Origin: a virus
Taxonomy: Duplodnaviria; Caudoviricetes
Direction: 5' to 3' (one strand)
Length of the DNA stretch: 64,000 nucleotides
Virus record (IMG/VR): IMGVR_UViG_3300047382_000771
Location: 64,001 to 128,000 of that record
Position numbers and translations under genes: made by a program. A model generated the notes under the pieces. It had not been told where the DNA came from, ran no database searches, and saw only the letters and a program-made list of their open reading frames with translations. Of the stretch, positions 9,995-19,340 are shown in pieces. Position 1 is the stretch's first letter. Every line of letters starts with the position of its first letter.

Positions 9995-10267
9995 TTAGTT
10001 GGAATCCTCTGGATCTATATCTCCGAAGCCAAACATGGATTCAGATTCTTCTAAGTTGGTGAGGTATTTTTCCAAAGATTTGCGTAATCCCATTTCTATG
10101 ATTTGGTTTTGAGCCCTTGTATAAACAAGAGGTTTTCCCTCTTGAGTTACGAAAGCTAATATGAAACCTTTGTGTTGGTTTCCCTCCCCGCTTAATTCAA
10201 AAATTGTATCAAGCAATGATTCGGGCATTTCAAATTTATTTAAGTCGTCTGGATTTATATCTGACAT
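9995..10267 (-). CDS. Hypothetical protein
   Basis: 90-aa ORF preceded by GTGTAATATA. Confidence 0.65.
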   Translation of the reverse strand: MSDINPDDLNKFEMPESLLDTIFELSGEGNQHKGFILAFVTQEGKPLVYTRAQNQIIEMGLRKSLEKYLTNLEESESMFGFGDIDPEDSN

Positions 10268-10272
10268 AATAA

Positions 10273-10282
10273 TATATTACAC
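10273..10282 (-). promoter_or_regulatory. GTGTAH motif
   Basis: GTGTAATATA; 9 nt before ATG 10267; overlaps the Val-stop of the upstream gene. Confidence 0.65.
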
Positions 10283-10687
10283 ATCTATCCCTAAGGATTT
10301 TAATAAAGTTTTGGATAAATCGTCCTTGGGGTATACCTCTATGAACTTAATGTTGTTGAGTTTGCAATATTCTTCTTTACTATTGTCACGTCTAATTTGG
10401 CTAAGAAAATTTGACTTAGCTTTGCCGTGAAAAAATGGAGTATATTTTAAGTGTTGCTCTCCTTGGACTTCTATAGCTATTGAGTGACTGGCATTGTAAA
10501 AATCAAAGGACATTCTAGTGCCAACTACAGGCATTTCCTCAAAAACAAAATCTGAAGACCAGTACTTTTTTAGAAATTGTTTTACAAAGAATTGCCTTTT
10601 GCTTCTGCTTGGTTTTTCCCAATCAATTAAATATTTTTTTGGCTTACTTAATCTTTTACTGCCGCCTGTGAGAGTTTTAAAAATCAT
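10277..10687 (-). CDS. Small PD-(D/E)XK-type endonuclease (Vsr/DUF559-like)
   Basis: FEE..., FDFY, IAIEVQGEQH and RDxxKxxYCxxNNIKFIEV pattern. Confidence 0.75.
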   Translation of the reverse strand: MIFKTLTGGSKRLSKPKKYLIDWEKPSRSKRQFFVKQFLKKYWSSDFVFEEMPVVGTRMSFDFYNASHSIAIEVQGEQHLKYTPFFHGKAKSNFLSQIRRDNSKEEYCKLNNIKFIEVYPKDDLSKTLLKSLGIDV

Positions 10688-11799
10688 GCTTTACAGATTA
10701 AGTTTTTAAAATGTTTAATTAAAAAATCTACTAACTCTGGGTTGGCTTCTAGTTCTTTGTTTAGATTAGATTCTCCTTGTATCTTATCTGGGAACTCAAA
10801 TTTGTTTTGCTTTAAGGTCGATATAAAATCTTCTTCACAGGATATCCAAGCTCCTTTCCTATTGATGTAGCCCCACATATAAAGCATGTCTATGATTTCA
10901 CGCTCAACCCATATAGAATTACCATCAGTTCTGCCATACTTGATTGGGTATTCGAGAGTATAATTAGTTTTTTCAATTGGAGATTTCTTTACCGTGATTT
11001 TAGCTATATGTCCAAGTATTTTATTTTTCTGTTGATCTATCGGTTGAGTTTGGTTCTCTAAGATGAGATCTTTTTTGAATCTAGGCTCGAACTCGAGTAT
11101 GTAATTAGCAAAGTGGAGTAAAGCATTACCTCCCGTCGCTGTTGTTTGCCTTATGGGAGCTTTACTGTAGGGGTCAAGTTTAATATCTGCACGAACTTGC
11201 GAGATAAAAATAGCCATATGACCTCTTTTAGCTAAAGCTATACTCATTTTTTGCATGAACTTAGCTCCCAATAAAGCTCCTCCTGCAACTTTATGAGAGT
11301 CCTGAAAGTCTTTTTCTAAGTCATCTTTCATGATTAAGCCATCTAAGGAATCCAAGACAAAGCAATACCTTGTTTCGTCTGGATTTTTAGCAACTAAAAC
11401 TCTCATTAGATCTAAAACCGTCTCATATATATTACAGTCAAAGATGAAGCATGTGCCTTGCTCCCAGTCACTTTCCTCTGTGACAAAGTTTATGCCGCAC
11501 CTTTTCTTCATTTCTTTAGAAAGTCTTCCTTCAGCTTTTATATAAACTGCTTTTGAATTAGGCATTTTGAGGAAATTTTTTGCTACCTCTAAAGCTTCAG
11601 AGCTCTTGCCCCCTTCATTCATCCCTGTAAAGCGATGTAATCCTGGACCTAGACCCCCATTTAATTCAAAGTCAACCTTTAAACTTCCAGAAGAGACTTT
11701 GTAATCTACTTCCTTTTCGAAGTTGTAATGGTGATCTTCGTTTTGTTTTAAAAATATTTTTAAAGCTTGTTGTCCTGATAAATCTTGCGTCTTACTCAT
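10684..11799 (-). CDS. RecA/UvsX-like recombinase
   Basis: SSGSLKVD..L.GG, Walker A GMNEGGKS, VYIKAEG, Walker B FVLDSL, FISQVR, TGGNALLHFA and VKKSP. Confidence 0.9.
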   Translation of the reverse strand: MSKTQDLSGQQALKIFLKQNEDHHYNFEKEVDYKVSSGSLKVDFELNGGLGPGLHRFTGMNEGGKSSEALEVAKNFLKMPNSKAVYIKAEGRLSKEMKKRCGINFVTEESDWEQGTCFIFDCNIYETVLDLMRVLVAKNPDETRYCFVLDSLDGLIMKDDLEKDFQDSHKVAGGALLGAKFMQKMSIALAKRGHMAIFISQVRADIKLDPYSKAPIRQTTATGGNALLHFANYILEFEPRFKKDLILENQTQPIDQQKNKILGHIAKITVKKSPIEKTNYTLEYPIKYGRTDGNSIWVEREIIDMLYMWGYINRKGAWISCEEDFISTLKQNKFEFPDKIQGESNLNKELEANPELVDFLIKHFKNLICKA

Positions 11800-12127
11800 A
11801 AAGGAATGATTTGATAGTTTTTGTAGATTTTTTATTTAAAATATTATCGCCACAAACTTCTCCGAGTTCTACCGTTTGTTTTTGTGGGATTTTATAATGA
11901 AACCTTTTGTACTTTTTGTCAAGCTCTTTAGCATAAAACCCTGACCTAAGTACGATTAATGTTTCTATTTTATCTGGAAACCTAAGGTTTTTCCAGAATA
12001 ACTTGGATGGATATTTTTCTAATAAAATATTAAGCGTTTTGATTTCTCTTGCCCAGAAAGGTCTTTTACCTTTTGCGGGAACATCTACCAAAGATTCAAT
12101 AATTATTTTCTTGTCTGAATGCCTCAC
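11792..12127 (-). CDS. Hypothetical protein, first gene of the replication operon
   Basis: GTG start 6 nt downstream of a sigma70 -10 box. Confidence 0.65.
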   Translation of the reverse strand: MRHSDKKIIIESLVDVPAKGKRPFWAREIKTLNILLEKYPSKLFWKNLRFPDKIETLIVLRSGFYAKELDKKYKRFHYKIPQKQTVELGEVCGDNILNKKSTKTIKSFLYE

Positions 12128-12133
12128 CCGACC

Positions 12134-12162
12134 ATAATACCAAAAGAGTTCGGTAAAGTCAA
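12134..12162 (-). promoter_or_regulatory. sigma70-type promoter for the replication operon, probably leaderless
   Basis: Minus strand reads TTGACT-N17-TATTAT, then 6 nt to the GTG at 12127. Confidence 0.75.
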
Positions 12163-12168
12163 GTATAA

Positions 12169-15100
12169 TTATGAATAACTATTTGGTGTAAAAGATGTAT
12201 TACTAGAAGGGTAGGATCTTGATGGGCCCCAAATCAATCTCGCTGCACCAACTCCACCTAGGCCTCCGTTAGCTCGGGTATCGTCTTCTGCACCACCACC
12301 GCCGCCACCGAAATTTCCTCCGTGTCCGCCAGATGAGCCATCGCTCCCTCCAGAACCACCCTTGCCTATTGTTGAGCCGCTTCCAGATCCTCCAGAACCA
12401 CTACTACCAACACCATAAATGCCGACTCCGCCACCCCCATTAGATTGAGTGCCACCTCTTGCTTGACCTGCTCCGCCTCCTCCGCCGCCACCTGATCCAT
12501 TAAATCCATTTTTGTAATTTCCTGATGAACCTTGGCCTCCATTACCAGAATACCCAGCAGCACCACCTCCACCGCCGCCCCCGTTATTGTATTGAGAGGG
12601 TCCTCCGTATCCTCCTCTGAAGCCATTTGGGCCAGTAATATGAGAACCTCCAAGAGTGGCATTACTACTTCCATACGCTCCACCTTTACCACCGCCTGCT
12701 TCTAAAATGGTTGAATTGTTAAGTTTAATTACAGTATTACCTCCGTCAACCCCAGATGTTTTTGCCCAACCAACTCCTCCGCTACCACCTCTACCGACTA
12801 TGATGGTTATTTCATCACCTGGATTCACTGACTGTGAGGATGTGTAAGAGAGTGCTCCCCCGCCTCCTCCAGAACCAGAGTGTGTACTATTACCGAAAGA
12901 TCCAGCGGCCCCACCACCAGCACCAACCGCTAAAGCTGATATAGAATTAACGTGATTTGGTACTATGAATCTATATGTACCATCGGTTGTAAATTGCTCT
13001 TCACCCTGAGGGGTGATTGGGTTAGTTCCACCACTCATTTGAATGGTTTGTCCTTGGTTTAAAATTACAGAGCCACCTTGGTTTATAATAATGTCGGGAT
13101 CATTAGAGTCGTTCCAGTCATTAACAAACTCGGTTATAGTTTTTATTCCGTCCCCACTAAATGTGAACCCATTAAAAAACGAACTGTTGGTACTACTAGT
13201 TAATGAAACACTGGCCTGACTCTGGTCTGACGCAGTCACATTGCCAGAAAATAAAGAAGGGGAGCCTATAGAGCCTACCATGTACAAGGCTCTTATGTTA
13301 TCATTACCAGTAGAAGTAGTAAACTCAGTGTTCGGGTCAATCGGGTCCGCAAAAGTTCCAGGGCCATCCGTAACCCATTTAGCAAAAAGATATCCATTAT
13401 TAGGTGAAGCTGATAATGTGATTTTAGAATCCATTACCTTAGACAGGTTATTAACTCCATCCCCGTTTTGGGTACCTTGATTACCTGAAACCGTGATATT
13501 GTATCTGATTAATTTAACAGACAAATTAATAGTAGCATTTCCAGCCCCAACCGTAAAAGTTGTGCTAGGAGTGCTTGGACCAATTTGGCCAGCACCAGAA
13601 AGAGACCATGATTCAAATTCATAGCCAAGATTAGGGAGTGAGGATATAGTAACTACATCACCAATATTATAAACCCCACCCCCAGTTGCACTGGAGTTAG
13701 AGCCATTAATTGTAATTGTATAATCGATTGGTGTGAAGACCGCCTCTAAGAAAGCATTTCCATCACCGCCAATAAAAGTGGTTGATGCGGAGTTTACGTC
13801 TCCTATCGAGCCAGGTCCGCTTATGTTCCAGTGACTAAATTCGTAGCCGAGGTTAGGTGTAGCTGAAATGTTTACAACTTCCTGGTAATTAAATGAACTA
13901 GAACCAGTGGTTGAACCCGTGAAAGATTGCAGGCTTAGTTCGTAATTTATTAATGTATAAGTACCTTCTATTGTAGCATCACCTGCACCAACAGTAAAAG
14001 TTGTGCGTTTATTGAAAGAGTCAAATAAGGATCCAGTACCAGTTATGCTCCAATGACTGAACTCGTATCCAGTATTACCTATAGCTTCAATAGAAAAGGT
14101 ATCATTTATATTATATATGCCAGATCCAGTTTCGGTACCATTATCACCTTGTACTGAAATATTGTAATCAATAGCTGAGTAGTTTGCTGTAAGAGTAGTA
14201 TGCCCTTCTCCGACTGTAAAACTAGTCGAAGCTGAATTAGAATTAGCAATGCTTCCAGAACCTGACTTAGTCCAGTTTACAAACTCATAACCAGAGTTTG
14301 GTACAGCTTCAATAGTGAAGTTATCGTTAATGATGTGACTACCCCCAGCGGTTTCAACTCCGTTCTGTCCACGAATAGATATCGTGTAAGGTATTGCTAC
14401 ATAATTAGCTGTTATTGTTGCATCTCCAGCACCAACTATAAAATTAGTATTAGTGATAGAGCTATTTTGTATAACTCCAGATCCAGATAAAGACCAATGA
14501 GAGAATCTGTAGCCAGGGTCAGGGTTAGCTGTTAAAGATACAATATTATTTATATTATAAATGCCCCCTAAGCTTTCTGTTCCATTGTCTCCGTTTACAG
14601 TTATAGTATAATCGATAGCATTATATGTCGCTGATATGTCACAGTCTCCGTTTCCTACTGTGAATTGTGTTGATGCGGAGGAGGTGTCAGCTATAGTTCC
14701 AGCTCCAGATTTAGACCAAGATACAAATTCATAACCTAGGTCTGGAGTTGATAATAAATTAATATTGTCATTAATATTGTATATACCAGGGCTATTAACT
14801 GTTCCATTAGTACTATTAAAGTTAATTAAATAATCTATAGCTTTATAGATTGCAGTAAGTACTGCATCACTAGTATTGACAACATAACTAGTATTATTTA
14901 AACTGGAATTAGTAATTGACCCATCTCCATTTGTGGACCAATTAGAAAATAAATAGCCAAGGTCTGGTGTCGCTGTTATATTAACAATATTGCCTATGTT
15001 ATGAATCCCTGGGCCAGGTGTTTCCGTACCATTGGAACCGTCTGTACTAATGGAGTAATCTATTAAAGTGTAAATAGCTTCAACCGTACAATTACCTGCA

Positions 15101-17547
15101 CCTACTGTGAGTTTTGCATTAGGGGAGGTTGAGGAATCCAGAGAGCCTTGACCTGTTATAGACCAAGAAGTAAACTCATAACCAGGATCTGGTGTTGAAG
15201 TGATATTAATTACATTATTTATATTATAAACTCCAGAACCTGTTTCTACGCCATTTGAACCTTCGACAGTAATTGTGTAATCTATCAACTCGTAAATAGC
15301 TGTGACTGCAGCGTGTCCTGCACCAACAATAAATGTCGTTGATGATACAGCTGTATTGGAAATTGATCCTGGGCCAGATTTAGACCAAGATACAAATTTA
15401 TATCCAGGGTCTGGGTTAGCACTTAATGAAATTGCGTCTCCTATATTGTAGACACCTGAGCCAGACTGACTGCCATTTGGGCCAATGATTGATATATTAT
15501 AATCTATAGCTGTATAATTAGCGCTGATTAATGCATCTCCTGCACCTACTGTAAATTTGGTTTGAGTTGAGGCAGCTGAAAGTATGGTGCCTGGATCAGA
15601 AGATGACCAAGAGGTGAATTCATATCCAAGTTCTGGCTTGGCTGTTATATCTAAAACATTACCTATATTATAGATGCCTCCGCCTGTTTCTACCCCATTA
15701 GATCCATTTGTAGATATTGTGTAGTCAATAGCTTCATAGATAGCCTCTATGGTGCAGTTGCCGTTTCCAATAACAATAGATGTGCTTCTTGAGGTGCGGC
15801 TTGTAAGGCTTCCAGGTCCAGTTAGTACCCAGTTTTTAAATAAATAACCAGGATTGGGTGTAGCCGTAATATTAATTACATCGTTAATATTATAAATCCC
15901 GCCTCCTGTGGAGCTTCCATTAGATCCTGATAGTATTAGGGTGTAATCAATTGCTTGATAGTTTGCAGTAATTAAAGCATCAGATGAAGATACTTGGAAA
16001 GTAGTTGATGGGGAGTTAGGTTGTGTTATTGATCCCGCGTCTGAGGTAGACCAGTTAGAGAATTCATAACCAGGGTCAGGGGTAGCTGTAAGTCCAGGAG
16101 CACTTAAATATTCAAAGGACCCAGATCCAGTCTCGGTTCCATTATCCCCAGATACTGTGATGTTGTATAGTATTTTTGAGTATGAGGGGTATACCTCAGA
16201 GTTGCCAGCACCAACTACAAATGTTGTGGTTTCAGAACTTGGCGAAGATACTGTGCCGTCTCCTTTTACTATCCATTTGTCAAAATTAAAACCAACCAAA
16301 GCATCGGCGGAAATATTTATAGTATCACCTATGTTGGATACCGTTTTAGTAGTATAATCATTTACTGGGGTGTTGTCAGACTCCCGTCTTGTTGAAGTGG
16401 TAATATTATAATCTATAGCTTCATAAGTAGCTGTTAAGTCAACACTGGAGGTACCTATAGTAAAAACAGTGCTTGCGGATCTGTCGTTTTTAATAGATCC
16501 TGCACCAGAATTTATTACCCATTTTTTGAACTTGTAACCCGCATTTGGGGTAGATGAAATATTAACGGTATTTCCTGTTTTATATTGTCCAGAGCCAGTC
16601 TCTATACCATTACCACCTGTAAGATTGAGTAGGATAATACTCTTTTTATATTTAGCTATAATTTCACACGATCCCGCACCGACAGTAAAATTAGTGGTTA
16701 ATGAAGATTTATTTTCCAGATTACCAGGTCCAGACAATCCCCATTGTGTAAATTCATAACCAGGCACAGATGCGGCAGAAATAGAAAATGTATCACTAAT
16801 ATTGTATATGCCACCTTCTGTTTGAGGACCTAGTCCAGATACTTTTACATTATAATCTATAGCTTCGTAATTAGCTACTATATTTGCATTGCCTGCTCCA
16901 ACTTTAAAATTAGTAGATGATGAAGAAGGGTCAGCTATAGTTCCTGGGCCAGTGAAACTCCATTGTTTAAACCTATATCCTGCAAATGGTTTTGCTGATA
17001 TATTAACTATGTTGGTGATATTGTATACTCCTGAGCCTTTTTCAGAACCATTAGTACCAGAAACATCTATGTCGTAGTCAATAGCTGTATAGCTAGCTTC
17101 AACTTTAGAGTGGAATGTGCCTACTGTAAATTGTGTAGAAGGGGAGGTTTTTTGAGCAACTGAACCTGGGCCGATGACTTTCCAGCTTTTAAATAAATAG
17201 CCAGGATTAGGTGTTGAGGATATTGGGATAGAGGTACCTACTGGAAATGCTCCCGCTCCAGTTTCTACACCGTTGTCGCCATCAATTTCTATGATGAATG
17301 TTGATATTTCAGCTAAGTCATCTGGCCTAAATGAGTTATCAAATGTATCTTGTAATAGATTATCTAATTCAGCTGTTTTTAATCTTCTATTAAATTCCCT
17401 ACCAATATGATTAACATAATAATCTTTTGCGAACTCTCCTCCGTTTTTTAAATATTCCTGAATCTCAACTTCAAGAGCATTATGTTTGCTCGAAAGTTTC
17501 CCTGAATTTCTAAGGGCATGTATTCGGTGGCGAAGATCGTATGACAT
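12169..17547 (-). CDS. Giant virion fibre/adhesin-like protein with 18 divergent InlB-B-like repeats and a Gly-rich C-terminal domain
   Basis: Repeats of about 74 aa (DYxIxxxGxNGxxxGxGxYNIxxxxxIxAxPxxGYxFxxW...TxFxVGxGxAxIxAxY) counted by eye, followed by a GAGGGGG-rich domain of the kind found in phage fibres. Confidence 0.8.
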   Translation of the reverse strand: MSYDLRHRIHALRNSGKLSSKHNALEVEIQEYLKNGGEFAKDYYVNHIGREFNRRLKTAELDNLLQDTFDNSFRPDDLAEISTFIIEIDGDNGVETGAGAFPVGTSIPISSTPNPGYLFKSWKVIGPGSVAQKTSPSTQFTVGTFHSKVEASYTAIDYDIDVSGTNGSEKGSGVYNITNIVNISAKPFAGYRFKQWSFTGPGTIADPSSSSTNFKVGAGNANIVANYEAIDYNVKVSGLGPQTEGGIYNISDTFSISAASVPGYEFTQWGLSGPGNLENKSSLTTNFTVGAGSCEIIAKYKKSIILLNLTGGNGIETGSGQYKTGNTVNISSTPNAGYKFKKWVINSGAGSIKNDRSASTVFTIGTSSVDLTATYEAIDYNITTSTRRESDNTPVNDYTTKTVSNIGDTINISADALVGFNFDKWIVKGDGTVSSPSSETTTFVVGAGNSEVYPSYSKILYNITVSGDNGTETGSGSFEYLSAPGLTATPDPGYEFSNWSTSDAGSITQPNSPSTTFQVSSSDALITANYQAIDYTLILSGSNGSSTGGGIYNINDVINITATPNPGYLFKNWVLTGPGSLTSRTSRSTSIVIGNGNCTIEAIYEAIDYTISTNGSNGVETGGGIYNIGNVLDITAKPELGYEFTSWSSSDPGTILSAASTQTKFTVGAGDALISANYTAIDYNISIIGPNGSQSGSGVYNIGDAISLSANPDPGYKFVSWSKSGPGSISNTAVSSTTFIVGAGHAAVTAIYELIDYTITVEGSNGVETGSGVYNINNVINITSTPDPGYEFTSWSITGQGSLDSSTSPNAKLTVGAGNCTVEAIYTLIDYSISTDGSNGTETPGPGIHNIGNIVNITATPDLGYLFSNWSTNGDGSITNSSLNNTSYVVNTSDAVLTAIYKAIDYLINFNSTNGTVNSPGIYNINDNINLLSTPDLGYEFVSWSKSGAGTIADTSSASTQFTVGNGDCDISATYNAIDYTITVNGDNGTESLGGIYNINNIVSLTANPDPGYRFSHWSLSGSGVIQNSSITNTNFIVGAGDATITANYVAIPYTISIRGQNGVETAGGSHIINDNFTIEAVPNSGYEFVNWTKSGSGSIANSNSASTSFTVGEGHTTLTANYSAIDYNISVQGDNGTETGSGIYNINDTFSIEAIGNTGYEFSHWSITGTGSLFDSFNKRTTFTVGAGDATIEGTYTLINYELSLQSFTGSTTGSSSFNYQEVVNISATPNLGYEFSHWNISGPGSIGDVNSASTTFIGGDGNAFLEAVFTPIDYTITINGSNSSATGGGVYNIGDVVTISSLPNLGYEFESWSLSGAGQIGPSTPSTTFTVGAGNATINLSVKLIRYNITVSGNQGTQNGDGVNNLSKVMDSKITLSASPNNGYLFAKWVTDGPGTFADPIDPNTEFTTSTGNDNIRALYMVGSIGSPSLFSGNVTASDQSQASVSLTSSTNSSFFNGFTFSGDGIKTITEFVNDWNDSNDPDIIINQGGSVILNQGQTIQMSGGTNPITPQGEEQFTTDGTYRFIVPNHVNSISALAVGAGGGAAGSFGNSTHSGSGGGGGALSYTSSQSVNPGDEITIIVGRGGSGGVGWAKTSGVDGGNTVIKLNNSTILEAGGGKGGAYGSSNATLGGSHITGPNGFRGGYGGPSQYNNGGGGGGGAAGYSGNGGQGSSGNYKNGFNGSGGGGGGGAGQARGGTQSNGGGGVGIYGVGSSGSGGSGSGSTIGKGGSGGSDGSSGGHGGNFGGGGGGAEDDTRANGGLGGVGAARLIWGPSRSYPSSNTSFTPNSYS

Positions 17548-17552
17548 AAATA

Positions 17553-17562
17553 ATAGTTACAC
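17553..17562 (-). promoter_or_regulatory. GTGTAH motif
   Basis: GTGTAACTAT; 9 nt before ATG 17547. Confidence 0.65.
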
Positions 17563-17568
17563 TAAAAA

Positions 17569-17808
17569 TTAAGATATGACTGCATCAACCCACTGAGAAT
17601 TTGTTCCGTCATTATAGTAGATTCTAAGTTTGCCGTAAACAGTATCAAACCAAAGGTCATTGTCGGCAGGATTAGATGGTGGCGTATCGCCACTAGCAAT
17701 GCCTGGGGTGAGGTCAGCGTTTGTGTTGACTGTAGTCTTGATTTCATTAACATTTACTGCTAATAATTTATCTCCGCTATTTTTATTCGCAAAAGTTATT
17801 TTATTCAT
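17569..17808 (-). CDS. Small virion-associated protein
   Basis: SGDTPPSNPADNDLWFDT...GKLRIYYNDGxxxQWVDA segment, typical of phage fibre/structural proteins. Confidence 0.6.
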   Translation of the reverse strand: MNKITFANKNSGDKLLAVNVNEIKTTVNTNADLTPGIASGDTPPSNPADNDLWFDTVYGKLRIYYNDGTNSQWVDAVIS

Positions 17809-18101
17809 TATTGTAAGATCATTGGTAGTGTTCCTGGTAGAAAAGCTGGATAATCAATAAACCTCGAGGTGATCCCAGACTGGGTAACATAAAATAAAAA
17901 AGCAACTCCAGGGGTTCCTATTTTTTTACATTTAATAGGGGAGAAAAAAGATATAGGCTCAACATCAATAGCTACATCATCAATAACAATAGTTCCAGCA
18001 TTTAAAATAGAAGTAAGATGTATGTACTCACCATCGGCCTGCATAGTGTTAGCATAAGGAGTCAAAACTGAGGATGAAGATACTATCTTTGATGTAATCA
18101 T
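17808..18101 (-). CDS. Hypothetical protein (paralog of 18098-18361)
   Basis: YIHLTSILNAGTIVID...ISFFSPIKCK. Confidence 0.6.
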   Translation of the reverse strand: MITSKIVSSSSVLTPYANTMQADGEYIHLTSILNAGTIVIDDVAIDVEPISFFSPIKCKKIGTPGVAFLFYVTQSGITSRFIDYPAFLPGTLPMILQ

Positions 18102-18361
18102 TGTATGTAATACGCAACCTGAGCTAAACCCGCAGTAAAAGATTTACATTCTAAAGGTGAGGCGAAACTTAATGCTGCGAAATCAGACTCTTCTCCGTCT
18201 ATAACTATAGGGCCAGAGTATAGCACAGCCGTAATATATATATTATCGTATTGACTGCGGGTCCAATCAGCACTGGGTGGCCAAGATAAATTGGAGTTAT
18301 TATCGATAGATACAGTTGGGTCAAGATTTAACTTGCTTGGTATAGATTGCGATAGGGGCAT
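18098..18361 (-). CDS. Hypothetical protein (paralog of 17808-18101)
   Basis: IYITAVLYSGPIVID...LSFASPLECK. Confidence 0.6.
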   Translation of the reverse strand: MPLSQSIPSKLNLDPTVSIDNNSNLSWPPSADWTRSQYDNIYITAVLYSGPIVIDGEESDFAALSFASPLECKSFTAGLAQVAYYIQ

Positions 18362-18364
18362 TAA

Positions 18365-18799
18365 TCATCTCCTTTTGTTTGGGACTGCATAAAAACCCAC
18401 AACCATAAAACATAAATCCATAAATGCCGACAACATTAGGCCTCCAGTTAATGTCACAACTTCCCAATCTTTACCACCAAAAACCCAACTAAATAAACCC
18501 CATTTAGCTGAATCACCTTTGGGTACTATTAAGTCATAAGTGATGTTGGGGTTATGGGCATAATAAATCATCATATAGCACATTGTAAAAGTTATACTCA
18601 TAAACAAAACCCTGCGTGTGACTTTAACAAATGGGTCATCAGCCCTCTTGTCTTGGTTGGATATTAATGCATTAAGCATTTCATTATCTCTTGCTGCAAG
18701 TAACATTTGATCTTGCCTCTTTTGTTCGAGCCAGGCATTAACTAGGTTACATCCAAGCTTGATGCCAGCACCTAAAATAGTATTTAATATGGGACCCAT
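18365..18799 (-). CDS. Putative holin-like membrane protein
   Basis: N-terminal amphipathic/hydrophobic helix, short charged linker, two further TM segments and a basic C-terminus (PNKRR). Confidence 0.5.
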   Translation of the reverse strand: MGPILNTILGAGIKLGCNLVNAWLEQKRQDQMLLAARDNEMLNALISNQDKRADDPFVKVTRRVLFMSITFTMCYMMIYYAHNPNITYDLIVPKGDSAKWGLFSWVFGGKDWEVVTLTGGLMLSAFMDLCFMVVGFYAVPNKRR

Positions 18800-18804
18800 A
18801 AAGG

Positions 18805-18814
18805 TATATTACAC
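18805..18814 (-). promoter_or_regulatory. GTGTAH motif
   Basis: GTGTAATATA; 9 nt before ATG 18799; overlaps the Val-stop of the upstream gene. Confidence 0.65.
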
Positions 18815-19339
18815 TTTTATGGAAACAAATAGTTTAATTATTGAAGTTTTTTTAATCGAGTCAGAGTAAAACCATACCCAGGGATAACTGCAATGTATTG
18901 AATTTACTTCTTTTTCTGCATCACTTATAGATTGTTCTAAATGCCTTATACTTTTGTAATCTATATCTGATGTGTCTATTTTTAATTTTTCAGCTATAGA
19001 GATCAAATCATAGGATTTGTTTTCTTTTTTAGCTTGAACAGCTTCTTCTAGTAGGCCTCTAGTGGAGTCATCTTTAGTTATATCTGTATGGGTTTGTGTA
19101 GCTATTTTCCTAAAAATACTTTTAAGATTTTTTGGGAGAGGCTCTTTTTTTTGACCCTCTTCTTTTTTGAGGTTTTGAAAGGGGTCTTTTAAATTATTCT
19201 TAGAGCAATACTCGTGAACAGCAGAGCAGAATAAAGGGACGGATTGTTCGTAAATTTCTTTACAAAGCGAAAGCTCTTCTTTTATCTCTTTGCTTTTAAA
19301 CTTTAACCTTCTGATTAAAGTTTTTTTATACCCATCCAC
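18809..19339 (-). CDS. Protein with a J-domain-like segment (HPD replaced by HTD)
   Basis: LKSIFRKIATQTHTDITKD...LLEEAVQAKKE fits J-domain helices II-III; DNA reads CAT ACA GAT. Confidence 0.55.
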   Translation of the reverse strand: MDGYKKTLIRRLKFKSKEIKEELSLCKEIYEQSVPLFCSAVHEYCSKNNLKDPFQNLKKEEGQKKEPLPKNLKSIFRKIATQTHTDITKDDSTRGLLEEAVQAKKENKSYDLISIAEKLKIDTSDIDYKSIRHLEQSISDAEKEVNSIHCSYPWVWFYSDSIKKTSIIKLFVSIKV

Positions 19340-19340
19340 A

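Noticed and set aside
12366-17077. Small alternative-frame and antisense ORFs within the giant repeat gene
   Set aside because: They are by-products of Gly/Ser/Thr-rich codon bias, with no recognisable motifs.
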